Origin: an uncultured cyanobacterium
GTDB lineage: Bacteria; Cyanobacteriota; Cyanobacteriia; Cyanobacteriales; Nostocaceae
DNA length: 64,000 nucleotides
Direction of reading: 5' to 3'
NCBI GenBank assembly: GCA_963706595.1
Contig: OY970166.1
Coordinates: forward strand, 2,656,001 to 2,720,000
Notes under the pieces: generated by a model
The model's database searches: none
The model's input: the letters and a program-made list of their open reading frames with translations, nothing else
Told to the model about the DNA's origin: nothing
Translations under genes and position numbers: made by a program
In this document: piece after piece, positions 34,246 to 44,270 of the stretch
How positions within the stretch are numbered: the first letter of the stretch is position 1
How the letters are laid out: every line of letters starts with the position of its first letter

Positions 34246-35775
34246 ATGCCAGAAGTAAATCTTCCAGTTTTAATTCAGCAGATGTTACAGCCGGGATTTT
34301 ATCCCCATGCAGTCACAGAACCAATTCAACTGATTCAAACTCATATTTCCTATGTCCTACTTACAGGAGATTACGCCTATAAGCTGAAAAAACCCGTAAA
34401 TTTTGGCTTTTTGGATTTTTCTACTTTAGAGAAACGGAAACATTTTTGTCACGAAGAATTGCGCTTGAATCAACGCGGTGCGGCTGATCTGTACCTGGAA
34501 GTATTGCCTGTGACTATGGTGGATGAGCAACATCATCTGGGGGGAACAGGAAAGCCTGTAGAATATGCCCTGAAAATGCGCCAGTTTCCCCAGGAGTTGC
34601 TATTTAGTACGTTATTTGAGCAAGGTAAGTTAAAGGAAACTCACCTAGAGGATTTGGGGCAAGTAGTGGCTGAATACCACGCAAAATCTGCCACTGATGA
34701 TTATATTCGCAGTTTTGGCGAAGTGCCGCAGGTGCGGGCAGCAATTGATGAGAATTACCAACAAACTGAAAAGTATATTGGTGGACCTCAGACACAAAAA
34801 CAGTTTCAGGAAACAAAGCAATATACAGACAATTTTTTTTTAGAACGTCCAGAATTATTTACCCGCCGAGTTGAAAATAACTACATTCGCGAATGTCATG
34901 GTGATTTACACCTGAGAAATATTGCTCTGTGGCATGATAAAATTGCCCTTTTTGACTGCATTGAATTTAACGAGCCGTTTCGTTTTGTCGATGTCATGTA
35001 TGATGTGGCGTTTACGGTGATGGATTTAGAAGCGCGACATAGCCCTAGTTTGGCTAATGCGTTTTTAAATACCTACGTTGAGCAAACTGGTGATTGGGAA
35101 GGATTGCAGGTATTACCTTTGTATTTAAGCCGTCAGGCTTATGTGCGGGCAAAGGTGACTTCATTTCTGTTAGATGACCCTGGTGTGCCAGCGATCGCCA
35201 AGTCAGAGGCGGCAAAAACGGCGGCAGAATATTACCAGCAGGCTTGGGAGTATACTAAACCCAAAGCCGGAAAACTGATCTTAATGTCCGGGCTGTCGGG
35301 TTCGGGAAAGTCTACCACGGCAAAATATTTAGCCCGTGAACTCAAGGCTATTCAAATTCGCTCAGATGCAGTGCGGAAACATTTGGGGGGAATTTCTGTT
35401 TGGGAACGTGGTGGGGATGATTTATACAGCCCTGAGATGACCCAAAAAACTTATGCCCGATTGCTGGATTTGGGAATTACATTAGCGAAACAAGGTTTTC
35501 ATGTAATTTTAGATGCCAAGTATGATCAAGAACATCTGCGGCAAGAGGCGATCGCCCAAGCAGAAAAATACCAACTTCCCCTGCAAATCATTTACTGCAC
35601 AGCACCTTTAGAAGTGGTGCAAGAACGTCTGGCTAAACGTACTGGTGATATCGCTGATGCTACTGTCGATTTATTAACATCGCAACTTCAGCAAGCCGAA
35701 GCGTTTACCGATGCCGAAAAACCCTATGTGCAGATTTGGGATACAACTCAACCACCACAGACACAATTAAAATAG
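34246..35775 (+). CDS. Aminoglycoside-phosphotransferase-like kinase fused to a P-loop (AAA_33) domain
   Basis: QTHIS, CHGDLH, FDCIEFN; GLSGSGKST. Confidence 0.88.
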   Translation: MPEVNLPVLIQQMLQPGFYPHAVTEPIQLIQTHISYVLLTGDYAYKLKKPVNFGFLDFSTLEKRKHFCHEELRLNQRGAADLYLEVLPVTMVDEQHHLGGTGKPVEYALKMRQFPQELLFSTLFEQGKLKETHLEDLGQVVAEYHAKSATDDYIRSFGEVPQVRAAIDENYQQTEKYIGGPQTQKQFQETKQYTDNFFLERPELFTRRVENNYIRECHGDLHLRNIALWHDKIALFDCIEFNEPFRFVDVMYDVAFTVMDLEARHSPSLANAFLNTYVEQTGDWEGLQVLPLYLSRQAYVRAKVTSFLLDDPGVPAIAKSEAAKTAAEYYQQAWEYTKPKAGKLILMSGLSGSGKSTTAKYLARELKAIQIRSDAVRKHLGGISVWERGGDDLYSPEMTQKTYARLLDLGITLAKQGFHVILDAKYDQEHLRQEAIAQAEKYQLPLQIIYCTAPLEVVQERLAKRTGDIADATVDLLTSQLQQAEAFTDAEKPYVQIWDTTQPPQTQLK

Positions 35776-35789
35776 GTACTTGACCGAAA

Positions 35790-35975
35790 AATTTTAGATT
35801 TTGGATTTTAGATTTTGGATTGGGAATTTTCGGTACAAGCCTCGCCTCTTCAGGGCGGAATTAATCCAAAATACTCGCGGCGCTGCGTACGCTTCGCTAA
35901 CGCCAATCTAAAATCCTCAAGCTTCACACTTTAGGTTGGAGTAAATCCAAAATCCAAAATCGTCAATCCAAAATT
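35790..35975. repeat. STRR-bounded inverted repeat element
   Basis: (ATTTTGG/ATTTTAG)n on the left, (AATCCAA)n on the right. Confidence 0.7.
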
Positions 35976-35992
35976 GATTGACTCATAGTATT

Positions 35993-36090
35993 TATAGCAA
36001 CCGTCAAGGAGGTTAAGACATAAAGGGATAATCAAACTTAGACACCATTCGGGTTTTAACCCACTCCCCACTCCCTACTCCCCAGCTATA
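35993..36090. mobile_element. Degenerate MITE-like element with TATAGC...GCTATA ends
   Basis: Only short terminal inverted repeats; internal CCCCACT STRR. Confidence 0.4.
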
Positions 36091-36097
36091 TTACCTC

Positions 36098-36598
36098 ATG
36101 GCAAACAATCAAGGTTTACCCCCCATCTCGCCGGAATTCTTTTCTCAACTAGTATTTGGGGGATTTTTAATATTTATATTAGTCCTGGCGGGGTTTTCAT
36201 TTCCCCTGAGTATCTTCCTCGGCATTATTGCTGGTTTCATTTTAGGCTGGTTTACAAATTCTAGTAAAAATAGCCCCCAGGAAACTACTGTAGCCTCCTC
36301 TGACGGTATCGACGCAGGACTCAAATACTGGTTATTTTTTCTGTTAGGCTTTTCCTTTTTGGGGTATTCTCCACCTATAAGTATTTTGCTGGGTGGAATC
36401 GCTGCTATCGGTGGCGGTTGGATTACTGCTTGGTGGGGAAGCAAGGAAGCAGTGCAAACTCAGCTACCACTGGAAGCATCAGATATCGACACAGATGAAA
36501 CTCCTAGAGAAAGGATCACCAAACAGCAGAGAAGAAAACTTACCCGTCGTTATCGTCGGACTTCTGGAAGTTTCAATTTCAGATTTTGGGAAAGATGA
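36098..36598 (+). CDS. Hypothetical membrane protein
   Basis: Two Gly-rich hydrophobic hairpins and a basic C-terminal tail. Confidence 0.7.
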   Translation: MANNQGLPPISPEFFSQLVFGGFLIFILVLAGFSFPLSIFLGIIAGFILGWFTNSSKNSPQETTVASSDGIDAGLKYWLFFLLGFSFLGYSPPISILLGGIAAIGGGWITAWWGSKEAVQTQLPLEASDIDTDETPRERITKQQRRKLTRRYRRTSGSFNFRFWER

Positions 36599-36600
36599 GG

Positions 36601-36650
36601 GTAATTCGTAATTCGTAATTCGTAATTTGTAATTCGTAATTCGTAATTAC
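36601..36650. repeat. STRR (AATTCGT)n
   Basis: About six tandem heptamers. Confidence 0.85.
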
Positions 36651-36671
36651 AGCAAAAACCTGATACTGAAT

Positions 36672-37463
36672 ATGTTTTTATATCTGTCTAAGTTACTACC
36701 CCTGTTTTTTTATCCCCTGGGACTAGTTAGTATTAGCTTGATTGTGGCATTGGTAACGTTGTGGAAACGACCACGCATTGCAGCGATCGCGATTTCTTTG
36801 GCTTTAAGTTTATTGCTGGTTTGCAGTAATGCTTGGGTGGCAAAATCTTTAGTGCGATCGCTCGAATGGCAACATCTTCCTTCTAACCCAGTCCCGAATG
36901 CAGAGGCGATTGTGGTTTTAGGTGGGGCAACCAAATCAGCCTATCCGCCCCGGCCGACTGTGGATTTAAGTGAAGCAGGCGATCGCGTAATTTATGCAGC
37001 GCAATTATATCGCCAACAGAAAGCCCCGATCATTATTCTCAGTGGAGGACGGATTGATTGGCGTGGTGGTGGTAAACCCGAATCAGCAGATATGGCAGAT
37101 GTCCTCACATCTCTTGGTATTCCCTCTGAGGTAATTATCCAGGAACCGGAATCTCTGAATACTTATCAAAATGCGGTAAATGTCAAGAAAATTTTACAAT
37201 CTCGTGGGATTGGTAAAGTATTATTAGTCACTTCGGCAATGCATACGCCGCGATCGCTAAAAATTTTCCAGCGTCAAGGTATTGATGTGATTGCTGCACC
37301 TACTGATTTTCTCGTCAGTCAAGGTGAACTGCAAGAACTCAGCAGCACTCCCAAAGCTGCTATTCTCAATTTATTACCTGACACCAGTAACCTACAGCAA
37401 TTTACTAATGCCCTCAAAGAATATATTGGCAGTTTTGTTTATCGCTGGCGTGGTTGGTTGTGA
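36672..37463 (+). CDS. YdcF / DUF218 family protein
   Basis: IVVLGG, SGG, ESLNTYQNA and VTSAMH motifs. Confidence 0.88.
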   Translation: MFLYLSKLLPLFFYPLGLVSISLIVALVTLWKRPRIAAIAISLALSLLLVCSNAWVAKSLVRSLEWQHLPSNPVPNAEAIVVLGGATKSAYPPRPTVDLSEAGDRVIYAAQLYRQQKAPIIILSGGRIDWRGGGKPESADMADVLTSLGIPSEVIIQEPESLNTYQNAVNVKKILQSRGIGKVLLVTSAMHTPRSLKIFQRQGIDVIAAPTDFLVSQGELQELSSTPKAAILNLLPDTSNLQQFTNALKEYIGSFVYRWRGWL

Positions 37464-37518
37464 AAAGACGCGATAAATTGAAGATAATTTGATTAAATAG
37501 CTCAAAAATATTCAGAGA

Positions 37519-37740
37519 ATGTCTAAAAATTTACCTTATATTATGCGATCGCCTCAATTTGAAGTTGAGGAAACCTTTGCTAATTACCACACAACTCACC
37601 AATTCTACCAAGAAGTTCACACCCGCTCAGAGTTTGAGAACTATTGCCAGTGGTATGAAATAACGGCAGAACAGCATCGTCAAGACTTGGAAAAAATGCG
37701 CGGCGAATTAAATATTTTTCAGTGGTTTCGCCGCTCGTGA
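37519..37740 (+). CDS. Conserved cyanobacterial hypothetical protein
   Basis: FYQEV..R.EFE.YCQWY pattern; ATG start, fills the gap between neighbours. Confidence 0.65.
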   Translation: MSKNLPYIMRSPQFEVEETFANYHTTHQFYQEVHTRSEFENYCQWYEITAEQHRQDLEKMRGELNIFQWFRRS

Positions 37741-37745
37741 GTGAT

Positions 37746-37967
37746 TTAAATAACTTCCAACTCATTCTCACGTAAATGAGCTTTAAATTTTTTAGTAAAC
37801 CTGACTAAAATGGGCAGATTAGCGCTGACCGGTCTACCTTGCCATTCAGTAGCAATACCTATGACTTCACCTTCTGTATCTTTGATATCAAAAGCCTGAC
37901 CGCGATGATCAGGATGATGATACATTACTACCGACTCTTTCACACGGACGCGATCGCCAACTTTCAT
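37746..37967 (-). CDS. ftrV: Ferredoxin-thioredoxin reductase variable chain
   Basis: MKVGDRVRV...YHHP...SANLP...FKAHL. Confidence 0.92.
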   Translation of the reverse strand: MKVGDRVRVKESVVMYHHPDHRGQAFDIKDTEGEVIGIATEWQGRPVSANLPILVRFTKKFKAHLRENELEVI

Positions 37968-38400
37968 AACAACATTTATATCTAGCTTTTGCTGTTCCAC
38001 AAGCATCTCCACCTGCATTCCTCACTGAACTGCTTTCTTGAAAAATAAACTGTTTATAACAGTCAATTTTAAGCTCCCATTGCCACAGAAGCTTTGTTTT
38101 ACGCCTTTGTAACTGATATACAAACAAAGCCTTCCTAGAAAGACGGGGCTTGTATCACTTTATTCTCAGTCAGCGACATTCGGATAGTTAAAAACCCGCT
38201 TTGGTTTTGCTGTGCGCTTTAACGACAAATCCAATTCTACAACAATTGACGCTCTCAAACCTAATTTCTTCTTGTCTCATGCCCACTGAGGAAGATAATT
38301 AAATAACATCCAAATCTAGTTTTCGACTTCACCTCGCCATTGAAACTCTCCCCTCTCCTTACCAAGGAGAGGGGCTGGGGGTGAGGTTCCATTTTTCAAC

Positions 38401-38580
38401 GAAGAGGCAGGGGGAAGTGGGCTTTCTCGCAGGGGGAAATGACCCCTTCCTCCTGCCGTGAAGCGGAGCGGAACATGGGTCTGAGTCCCCCATTTCTACA
38501 AAGTGGTTCTCGTCCTGGTGGGGTCGAATCCCCATCTCGACTTTCCCCCCTGCTCCCTGCTCCCTGCTCCCTTGCCTCTT
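38401..38580. mobile_element. ~180-bp MITE-like element
   Basis: Ends AAGAGGCAGGG / CCTTGCCTCTT; flanking direct repeat TTTCAAC. Confidence 0.65.
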
Positions 38581-38596
38581 TTTCAACCTGCATTCC

Positions 38597-40663
38597 TTAC
38601 TTAAATTGGGGACAGATTAGTTGCATTCTTTGGGGAAGTTGCCGACATAGCTGTGAAAATCCTTGAGGATTAAATTGCCCCCAAGCAAATAATCCCAGAC
38701 TTGTACCCCCCACCAGCACAGCCAAGAATCCCCCAAATAGCATCAGAGGCTTACGCCGAATTGGTTGTTTGACTGGAGTGGAGATGGGTGACTCTGGAGA
38801 ATTATCAAGTGTCAAATCCAAATCCAGTAGTGCTTGGGAACTTTCCGCCAAGGAAGATTCTGCTTCTAGTTCTTCTAATTTTTCTAGTTCTTCTAATTTT
38901 TCTAGTTCTTCTAGTTTTTCTAGTTCTTCTAGTTTTTCTAGTTCTTCTAATTCTTCTAGTTTTTCTAATTCTTCTAGTTTTTCTAGTTTTTCTAATTCTT
39001 CAAATTTGACAATTTCTCCTGAAAGTAATAACGGAGTAACAGGCACAAGATATTCTTTGGATACTCGGTACAGAGTCATGACCACAGAAGTATTATCATG
39101 ACCATTTTTCTCATTTGCTAAATTAATCCAATTGCTGACAGCATCCGCAACGGAAACTTGACCTGCTAACACGGGTATTACATAATCCTGCCAAGATTTT
39201 TCTACCCAATTGTGATCACTTAAACCATCAGAACACAGCAGCAATACACCGTCTTCTTCCAAAATCAAGCGTTTAATAGCAATGTGTAAAAATTTAGCAT
39301 CTTTTGTCCCCAATGCTTGGGTGAGGGCAGTTGCATCTATACTTTCAAGTGCTGGACGATACAGACTGTGGGCAGAACACACTTCTCGCGTCGCCACAAT
39401 ATCATCCACTGTTAGTAGCTGGCAATAATCGGCCGTTATCCAATAAGCACGACTATCGCCAATATTAGCTAAATAAACTTCATGGGCATTATCTGACTGC
39501 CACCCAGAGGTCGTTGGCACTCGTTGCGGCACTTGTACAGCCATCACCAGGGTTGTGGCCATGCGTTCTCTGCCTTGGCGTTTCTGTTCGTCATTACAAG
39601 CACTAATGACATTATTCACAACCCGCAAACTGGCTTCTAGTTGTGACTGCAATAAATCCGGAGGAACGAGTTGAGTTTGTTCTCCTACTTCCGTTAACAA
39701 AGCCCTGATTTGCAGTTTCAGAGTCTGTACAGCCAATTGACTGGCAACTTCACCGCCTTGATGTCCACCAATGCCATCACAAACAATGGCTAATCGTGGC
39801 ATTATTGGGTCATTTAAGTCACTAGTAGTCATGGGGTAGCAATTGTCTTCATTGTGCCGCAATTCCGGTCCAATGTCAGTTGCTCCTGCCACTTTCAGAC
39901 TTAATGGTAATTCTGCCGCCGATGAAAGTAATAAGGCGTTGAGTTGAGTAGAAATGGTTTCTAACTCTGCCTCAGTGTTACACATCTGTTGAACGATATT
40001 TTCTAATTCTTGAGATACTGGGGTATTTACAGATGCTATCCAAGGCTGCCAGGATTGACCCAAATCCTGTAAACTCGGTTTGGGAGTAGCTGGTGTTTGG
40101 TAAAGTTGCAATAGTCGCACACACCAACCTTGCGATCGCACGTTATCTGGTATCAGTAAACTATGGGCAACTCCTAACTCTGATAAAGGTTTCCACAGTT
40201 CCAGAATTTGCCATAACCAATAAACTTGTCTGACAGCCGTTGCTTGTTCCCAGCCCTCAAAAATAGTTGGGTAAAGATTTCCCGTCTCATCTATCGGCAC
40301 ATTTTCCAGCAAGAGAATATCATCTGCACCTGCTTCTTCAGTGAGAACAAAGCCATAGGCTACGGGCAGGTGCAATCGTTCTTGGTATAGCCTCAAGTAA
40401 GGCATAACTGCTGTGGGTAAATCTTCAGGGACTGTGGGCGCTAACCCCGGCTGAGTATCTAACCAAACCTGCTGTGTAATTACCTCATACCTATCTAGCA
40501 CTTTAGTTCCCGGTGAGATGGCGGCTGCTAAAGAACCACTAGCCCAGAGATAGCGGTGAACTAGAGGAGTTTCGCAACTTGCACAAAGACTTTCCCCCGC
40601 AGGATTAATGGGGTGATTACAGTCTGGATTAACGCAATAAATTATTCGCTGTGTCGAAATCAT
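38597..40663 (-). CDS. PP2C-family Ser/Thr phosphatase with an N-terminal Cys cluster and C-terminal TM
   Basis: NED, CDGIGG, IGDSR, CSDGL and GHDN motifs. Confidence 0.88.
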   Translation of the reverse strand: MISTQRIIYCVNPDCNHPINPAGESLCASCETPLVHRYLWASGSLAAAISPGTKVLDRYEVITQQVWLDTQPGLAPTVPEDLPTAVMPYLRLYQERLHLPVAYGFVLTEEAGADDILLLENVPIDETGNLYPTIFEGWEQATAVRQVYWLWQILELWKPLSELGVAHSLLIPDNVRSQGWCVRLLQLYQTPATPKPSLQDLGQSWQPWIASVNTPVSQELENIVQQMCNTEAELETISTQLNALLLSSAAELPLSLKVAGATDIGPELRHNEDNCYPMTTSDLNDPIMPRLAIVCDGIGGHQGGEVASQLAVQTLKLQIRALLTEVGEQTQLVPPDLLQSQLEASLRVVNNVISACNDEQKRQGRERMATTLVMAVQVPQRVPTTSGWQSDNAHEVYLANIGDSRAYWITADYCQLLTVDDIVATREVCSAHSLYRPALESIDATALTQALGTKDAKFLHIAIKRLILEEDGVLLLCSDGLSDHNWVEKSWQDYVIPVLAGQVSVADAVSNWINLANEKNGHDNTSVVMTLYRVSKEYLVPVTPLLLSGEIVKFEELEKLEKLEELEKLEELEELEKLEELEKLEELEKLEELEKLEELEAESSLAESSQALLDLDLTLDNSPESPISTPVKQPIRRKPLMLFGGFLAVLVGGTSLGLFAWGQFNPQGFSQLCRQLPQRMQLICPQFK
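38864..39001 (-). repeat. Coding 9-bp tandem repeat (E/K-L-E)n, about 15 units
   Basis: TTCTA(G/A)TT(C/T) array. Confidence 0.9.
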
Positions 40664-40895
40664 GTAAGTATAAAGTCAAAAAATAAATTAACTTGTAAAT
40701 TTCGATTAAATCTAAGTTTCCCAGACTTGAAGGCTAGAATATACTGGATTCATGTACCCGTGACTACAGCTTGTTACTGAAAGTAATCAAACATCCTCTA
40801 AAAATATCAAGTTTCGTTTTCCGTAAACAGTTACAGTCAGAGTGTATCTAATCTCAAAAATACATTTACATAAATGTAGAGTCTAGGGTGGCGCT

Positions 40896-41333
40896 ATGTC
40901 TATGCCAAGTTATACCTTAATCTGGCTCCTGGCAGGATCTGTTCTGTGTTTAATGGAACTTTTCTTACCATCGGCTTTTGTGGAATTCATGATGGGAATT
41001 AGTGCCTTTGTAGTGGCGCTACTGTCTCTAGTGGGTTTGGGGAATTTATGGCTACAAGTTGCGGTTTGGTTACTGCTTTCCACAGCTTTAATTTTGCTTT
41101 CCCGGCGGTTTTTGCAACCGCGCCGACGCAAGTCGAAAATGCCGGAGACAGTTCTAGCCGAAACCTTAACAGAAATTCCGCCTGGGGAAACCGGACGGGT
41201 GCTATATGAAGGAAATTCTTGGCGCGCACAATGTGACGACGAACAACTCAGCGTAGCAGCCCATCAAAGAGTTTATGTAGTCAGAAGACAAGGCACAACT
41301 TTGATTGTGATGCCAGATTATTTATTGCGTTGA
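40896..41333 (+). CDS. NfeD-family protein
   Basis: TM helices plus GRVLYEGNSWRA; lies upstream of an SPFH gene. Confidence 0.88.
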   Translation: MSMPSYTLIWLLAGSVLCLMELFLPSAFVEFMMGISAFVVALLSLVGLGNLWLQVAVWLLLSTALILLSRRFLQPRRRKSKMPETVLAETLTEIPPGETGRVLYEGNSWRAQCDDEQLSVAAHQRVYVVRRQGTTLIVMPDYLLR

Positions 41334-41417
41334 GTTTGCGCTTGTAGAGACGCGATTCATCGCGTCTGGGAAGAGGACTCACACAGAAATGGTATGAGAA
41401 ATTAGGAGAATAAACAA

Positions 41418-42419
41418 ATGGAGCAATTTTTCTTACTCATCTTCTTGGCGCTGGGTGGTTCTGCGGTAGCAGGATCTGTGAAGGTTGTCAATCAAGGTAA
41501 TGAAGTCTTGGTAGAAAGATTGGGTAGCTATAATCAAAAGCTGGAACCAGGGCTGAATTTTGTCATCCCTTTTTTAGATAAAATCGTTTACCAACAAACC
41601 ATTCGCGAAAAAGTCTTAGATATTCCGCCCCAAAAATGTATTACCCGCGACAATGTGGGAATTGAAGTTGATGCGGTGGTTTACTGGCGAATTGTGGATA
41701 TGGAAAAAGCCTGGTATAAGGTGGAAAATCTCCATGCAGCCATGACAAACTTGGTTTTAACTCAAATTCGCTCGGAAATGGGGCAATTGGAGTTAGATAA
41801 ATCCTTTACCGCTCGTTCTCAAATCAATGATATCTTATTGCGCGAGTTAGATATTGCTACTGATCCTTGGGGTGTGAAAATCACACGGGTAGAATTGCGA
41901 GATATCGTCCCATCCCAGACAGTGCGAGAATCAATGGAGTTGCAAATGGCAGCAGAACGGCGCAGACGGGCAGCAATTCTCACTTCTGAGGGTGAACGGG
42001 AATCTGCTGTTAATAGCGCTAGGGGTAAGGCTGAGGCGCAAATTTTGGACGCTGAAGCTCGCCAAAAATCCACGATTCTCGATGCCGAAGCGCAACAAAA
42101 ATCGCTCATATTGCAAGCCCAAGCTGAACGCCAGCAGCAAGTTCTGAAGGCACAAGCAACATCAGAAGCACTACAAATTATCACCAAAACTCTGAATGCT
42201 GAACCAGGCGCACAAGAAGCATTACAGTTTTTACTGGCACAAAATTATTTAGAAATGGGTACAAAGATTGGCAGCAGCGACAGCAGTAAAGTTATGTTTA
42301 TGGACCCCCGCAGTATTCCTGCTACTTTAGAGGGGATGCGTTCTATTGTTTCTGATGCTTCTGCTAGCCCCTTGTTTGGCGGTGAGACACTAGGGAGGAA
42401 TCAAAATCGTTCCAGCTAA
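41418..42419 (+). CDS. SPFH / stomatin-like (band 7) protein
   Basis: [19 protein letters not shown] and QMAAER motifs. Confidence 0.92.
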   Translation: MEQFFLLIFLALGGSAVAGSVKVVNQGNEVLVERLGSYNQKLEPGLNFVIPFLDKIVYQQTIREKVLDIPPQKCITRDNVGIEVDAVVYWRIVDMEKAWYKVENLHAAMTNLVLTQIRSEMGQLELDKSFTARSQINDILLRELDIATDPWGVKITRVELRDIVPSQTVRESMELQMAAERRRRAAILTSEGERESAVNSARGKAEAQILDAEARQKSTILDAEAQQKSLILQAQAERQQQVLKAQATSEALQIITKTLNAEPGAQEALQFLLAQNYLEMGTKIGSSDSSKVMFMDPRSIPATLEGMRSIVSDASASPLFGGETLGRNQNRSS

Positions 42420-42491
42420 AAAAAGGTAATGAGTTAAAAGCTAAATTTTTCAATTAATAACTTTTAACTCATAGGTTTTACTAATGAATTC

Positions 42492-42887
42492 CTATGCCAG
42501 AGTTTGATTCATCTGGCATCGACTACACAAACCAAAAAATTCCAATGTGTGGTAAAAAATTTTAAACTTATGGCTGGATTCTAACTCGTCTTCTAGGTTA
42601 TGAACGGGACACTGATTAATTGGAATCGAAATGCCACACTGGAGGCAAGTGAGATGGTGCTTGTCTTGCTGGGCTAGGTTATAAAGGGCTTCACCGTTAG
42701 CCAAAGTCCTGACCTGCACCATACCTTCTAGTTTTAATCCCTCCAGGGAGCGGTAAACTGTGGCTAAACCCATGCTCTGATTTCGATTACGTAATTGTAC
42801 GTAAATATCTTGGGCAGAAATGCCTTGTTTGATGGTTTTCAGCAGGCTCAAAATCCGCTCTTGACTGCGAGTGTGTACGGCTCTCAT
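42492..42887 (-). CDS. zur: Fur-family regulator, Zur (FurB) type
   Basis: GLATVYRSL, HHLTCLQC and GLCSRC; resembles Anabaena FurB as I recall it. Confidence 0.85.
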   Translation of the reverse strand: MRAVHTRSQERILSLLKTIKQGISAQDIYVQLRNRNQSMGLATVYRSLEGLKLEGMVQVRTLANGEALYNLAQQDKHHLTCLQCGISIPINQCPVHNLEDELESSHKFKIFYHTLEFFGLCSRCQMNQTLA

Positions 42888-43032
42888 AGACAATTATTTA
42901 AATTCGCCACTGTAGTAGAAGCTGTTATAATTGACAACTAATTAATTAACTGTAACCGCTTCGTAATCTTATTTTCACCCAGTTGGGGCAGAAAGTTATA
43001 GTATAGCGATCGCAGCATTCAGCAAAAAGCCT

Positions 43033-43311
43033 GTGCAAAGGAAGTATATAGCTAAAATTTTCGTGACGCTTCGTCCTTCAGTGTTAGACCCTGCTGGTGT
43101 CGCTGTACAATCCGGTCTCCAGCAACTGGGATACAACAATGTGGAACAGGTGCGGATTGGTAAGTACATTCAACTAACCATCACTTCGACTGAAGAGATT
43201 AAAGCGCGTCAAGACCTTGAGCGTATCTGTGACCAAATGCTAGCAAATCCGGTAATTGAAAATTATCGCTTTGATTTGATAGAGGTGGAAACACAAACGG
43301 GAGTCATTTAA
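43033..43311 (+). CDS. purS: FGAM synthase subunit PurS
   Basis: VLDPAG, VRIGK and LANPVIE motifs. Confidence 0.95.
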   Translation: MQRKYIAKIFVTLRPSVLDPAGVAVQSGLQQLGYNNVEQVRIGKYIQLTITSTEEIKARQDLERICDQMLANPVIENYRFDLIEVETQTGVI

Positions 43312-43415
43312 CAGGGGTTGGGGAATGAGGGAGAACGGGAGAAGATTAATTTCCCACTCCCCACTCCCCACTCCCTACTCCCCACTGCTAATGACCAATG
43401 ACTACTGACTAAATC

Positions 43416-44090
43416 ATGAAATTTGGGGTTTTGGTTTTTCCGGGTTCTAATTGCGATCGCGATGTGGCTTATGTGACCAGAGATTTGCTGGGTCAACCGA
43501 CTCGCATGGTTTGGCATCAAGAAACAGACATCGCTGATGTGGATGTGGTAATTGTACCTGGTGGATTTAGTTACGGTGATTATTTGCGCTGTGGTGCGAT
43601 CGCTCAATTCTCGCCTGTGATGCAGCAGGTTATTGCTCATGCACAAAAAGGTAAGTTTGTCCTCGGTATTTGCAATGGTTTTCAGGTATTAACTGAAGCA
43701 GGGTTGTTACCAGGGGCATTGACGAGGAATCGAGATTTGCATTTTATCTGCGATCGCCTCCCCTTGCAAGTTGAGCGTACCGATACCAATTGGACGCAAG
43801 CTTATACAACGGGTGAAACTATCACTTTACCCATTGCTCACGGTGAAGGGCGATTTTATGCTGATCCAGCCACCTTATCAGCCATCGAAGATCATGGGCA
43901 AGTTGTCTTCCGCTATGCAGGAGAAAATCCCAACGGTTCACTCAACAACATCGCCGGCATTTGTAATCGACAAGGCAATGTTTTGGGCATGATGCCGCAC
44001 CCAGAAAGAGCATCAGATGCCGCGCTGGGGTCTAGTGATGGGTTGAGGTTATTTCAAGGGTTGTTAGAGAAAATAACCGTCTTAGCGTAA
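43416..44090 (+). CDS. purQ: FGAM synthase glutaminase subunit PurQ
   Basis: FPGSNCD, GICNGFQ and MPHPER motifs. Confidence 0.97.
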   Translation: MKFGVLVFPGSNCDRDVAYVTRDLLGQPTRMVWHQETDIADVDVVIVPGGFSYGDYLRCGAIAQFSPVMQQVIAHAQKGKFVLGICNGFQVLTEAGLLPGALTRNRDLHFICDRLPLQVERTDTNWTQAYTTGETITLPIAHGEGRFYADPATLSAIEDHGQVVFRYAGENPNGSLNNIAGICNRQGNVLGMMPHPERASDAALGSSDGLRLFQGLLEKITVLA

Positions 44091-44126
44091 TTTTCTTTTT
44101 CCCTTGTTTACAACTTAAATTTGCTC

Positions 44127-44153
44127 AAAGTCCGCGTAAGGGGACTTTTTTTA
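44127..44153 (+). terminator. Intrinsic terminator after purQ
   Basis: AAAGTCC...GGACTTT followed by a T run. Confidence 0.7.
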
Positions 44154-44175
44154 TTCCTAAAAAACATTAATAAAG

Positions 44176-44228
44176 AATTACTCAGTAATTATACGATTAT
44201 TGACGTATTATTTTATTCGATTTATGCT
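44176..44228 (+). promoter_or_regulatory. Putative promoter of the island
   Basis: TTGACG (44200) - 17 bp - TATGCT (44223); upstream palindrome AATTACT-C-AGTAATT. Confidence 0.5.
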
Positions 44229-44270
44229 TAACTATTAATTCAATTAATTTAAATTATCAGGGTTATCAAG

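Noticed and set aside
38359..39101. Several overlapping short ORFs, including Ser-rich and Leu/Phe-rich ones
   Set aside because: Products of the MITE and of the antisense of the PP2C tandem repeat
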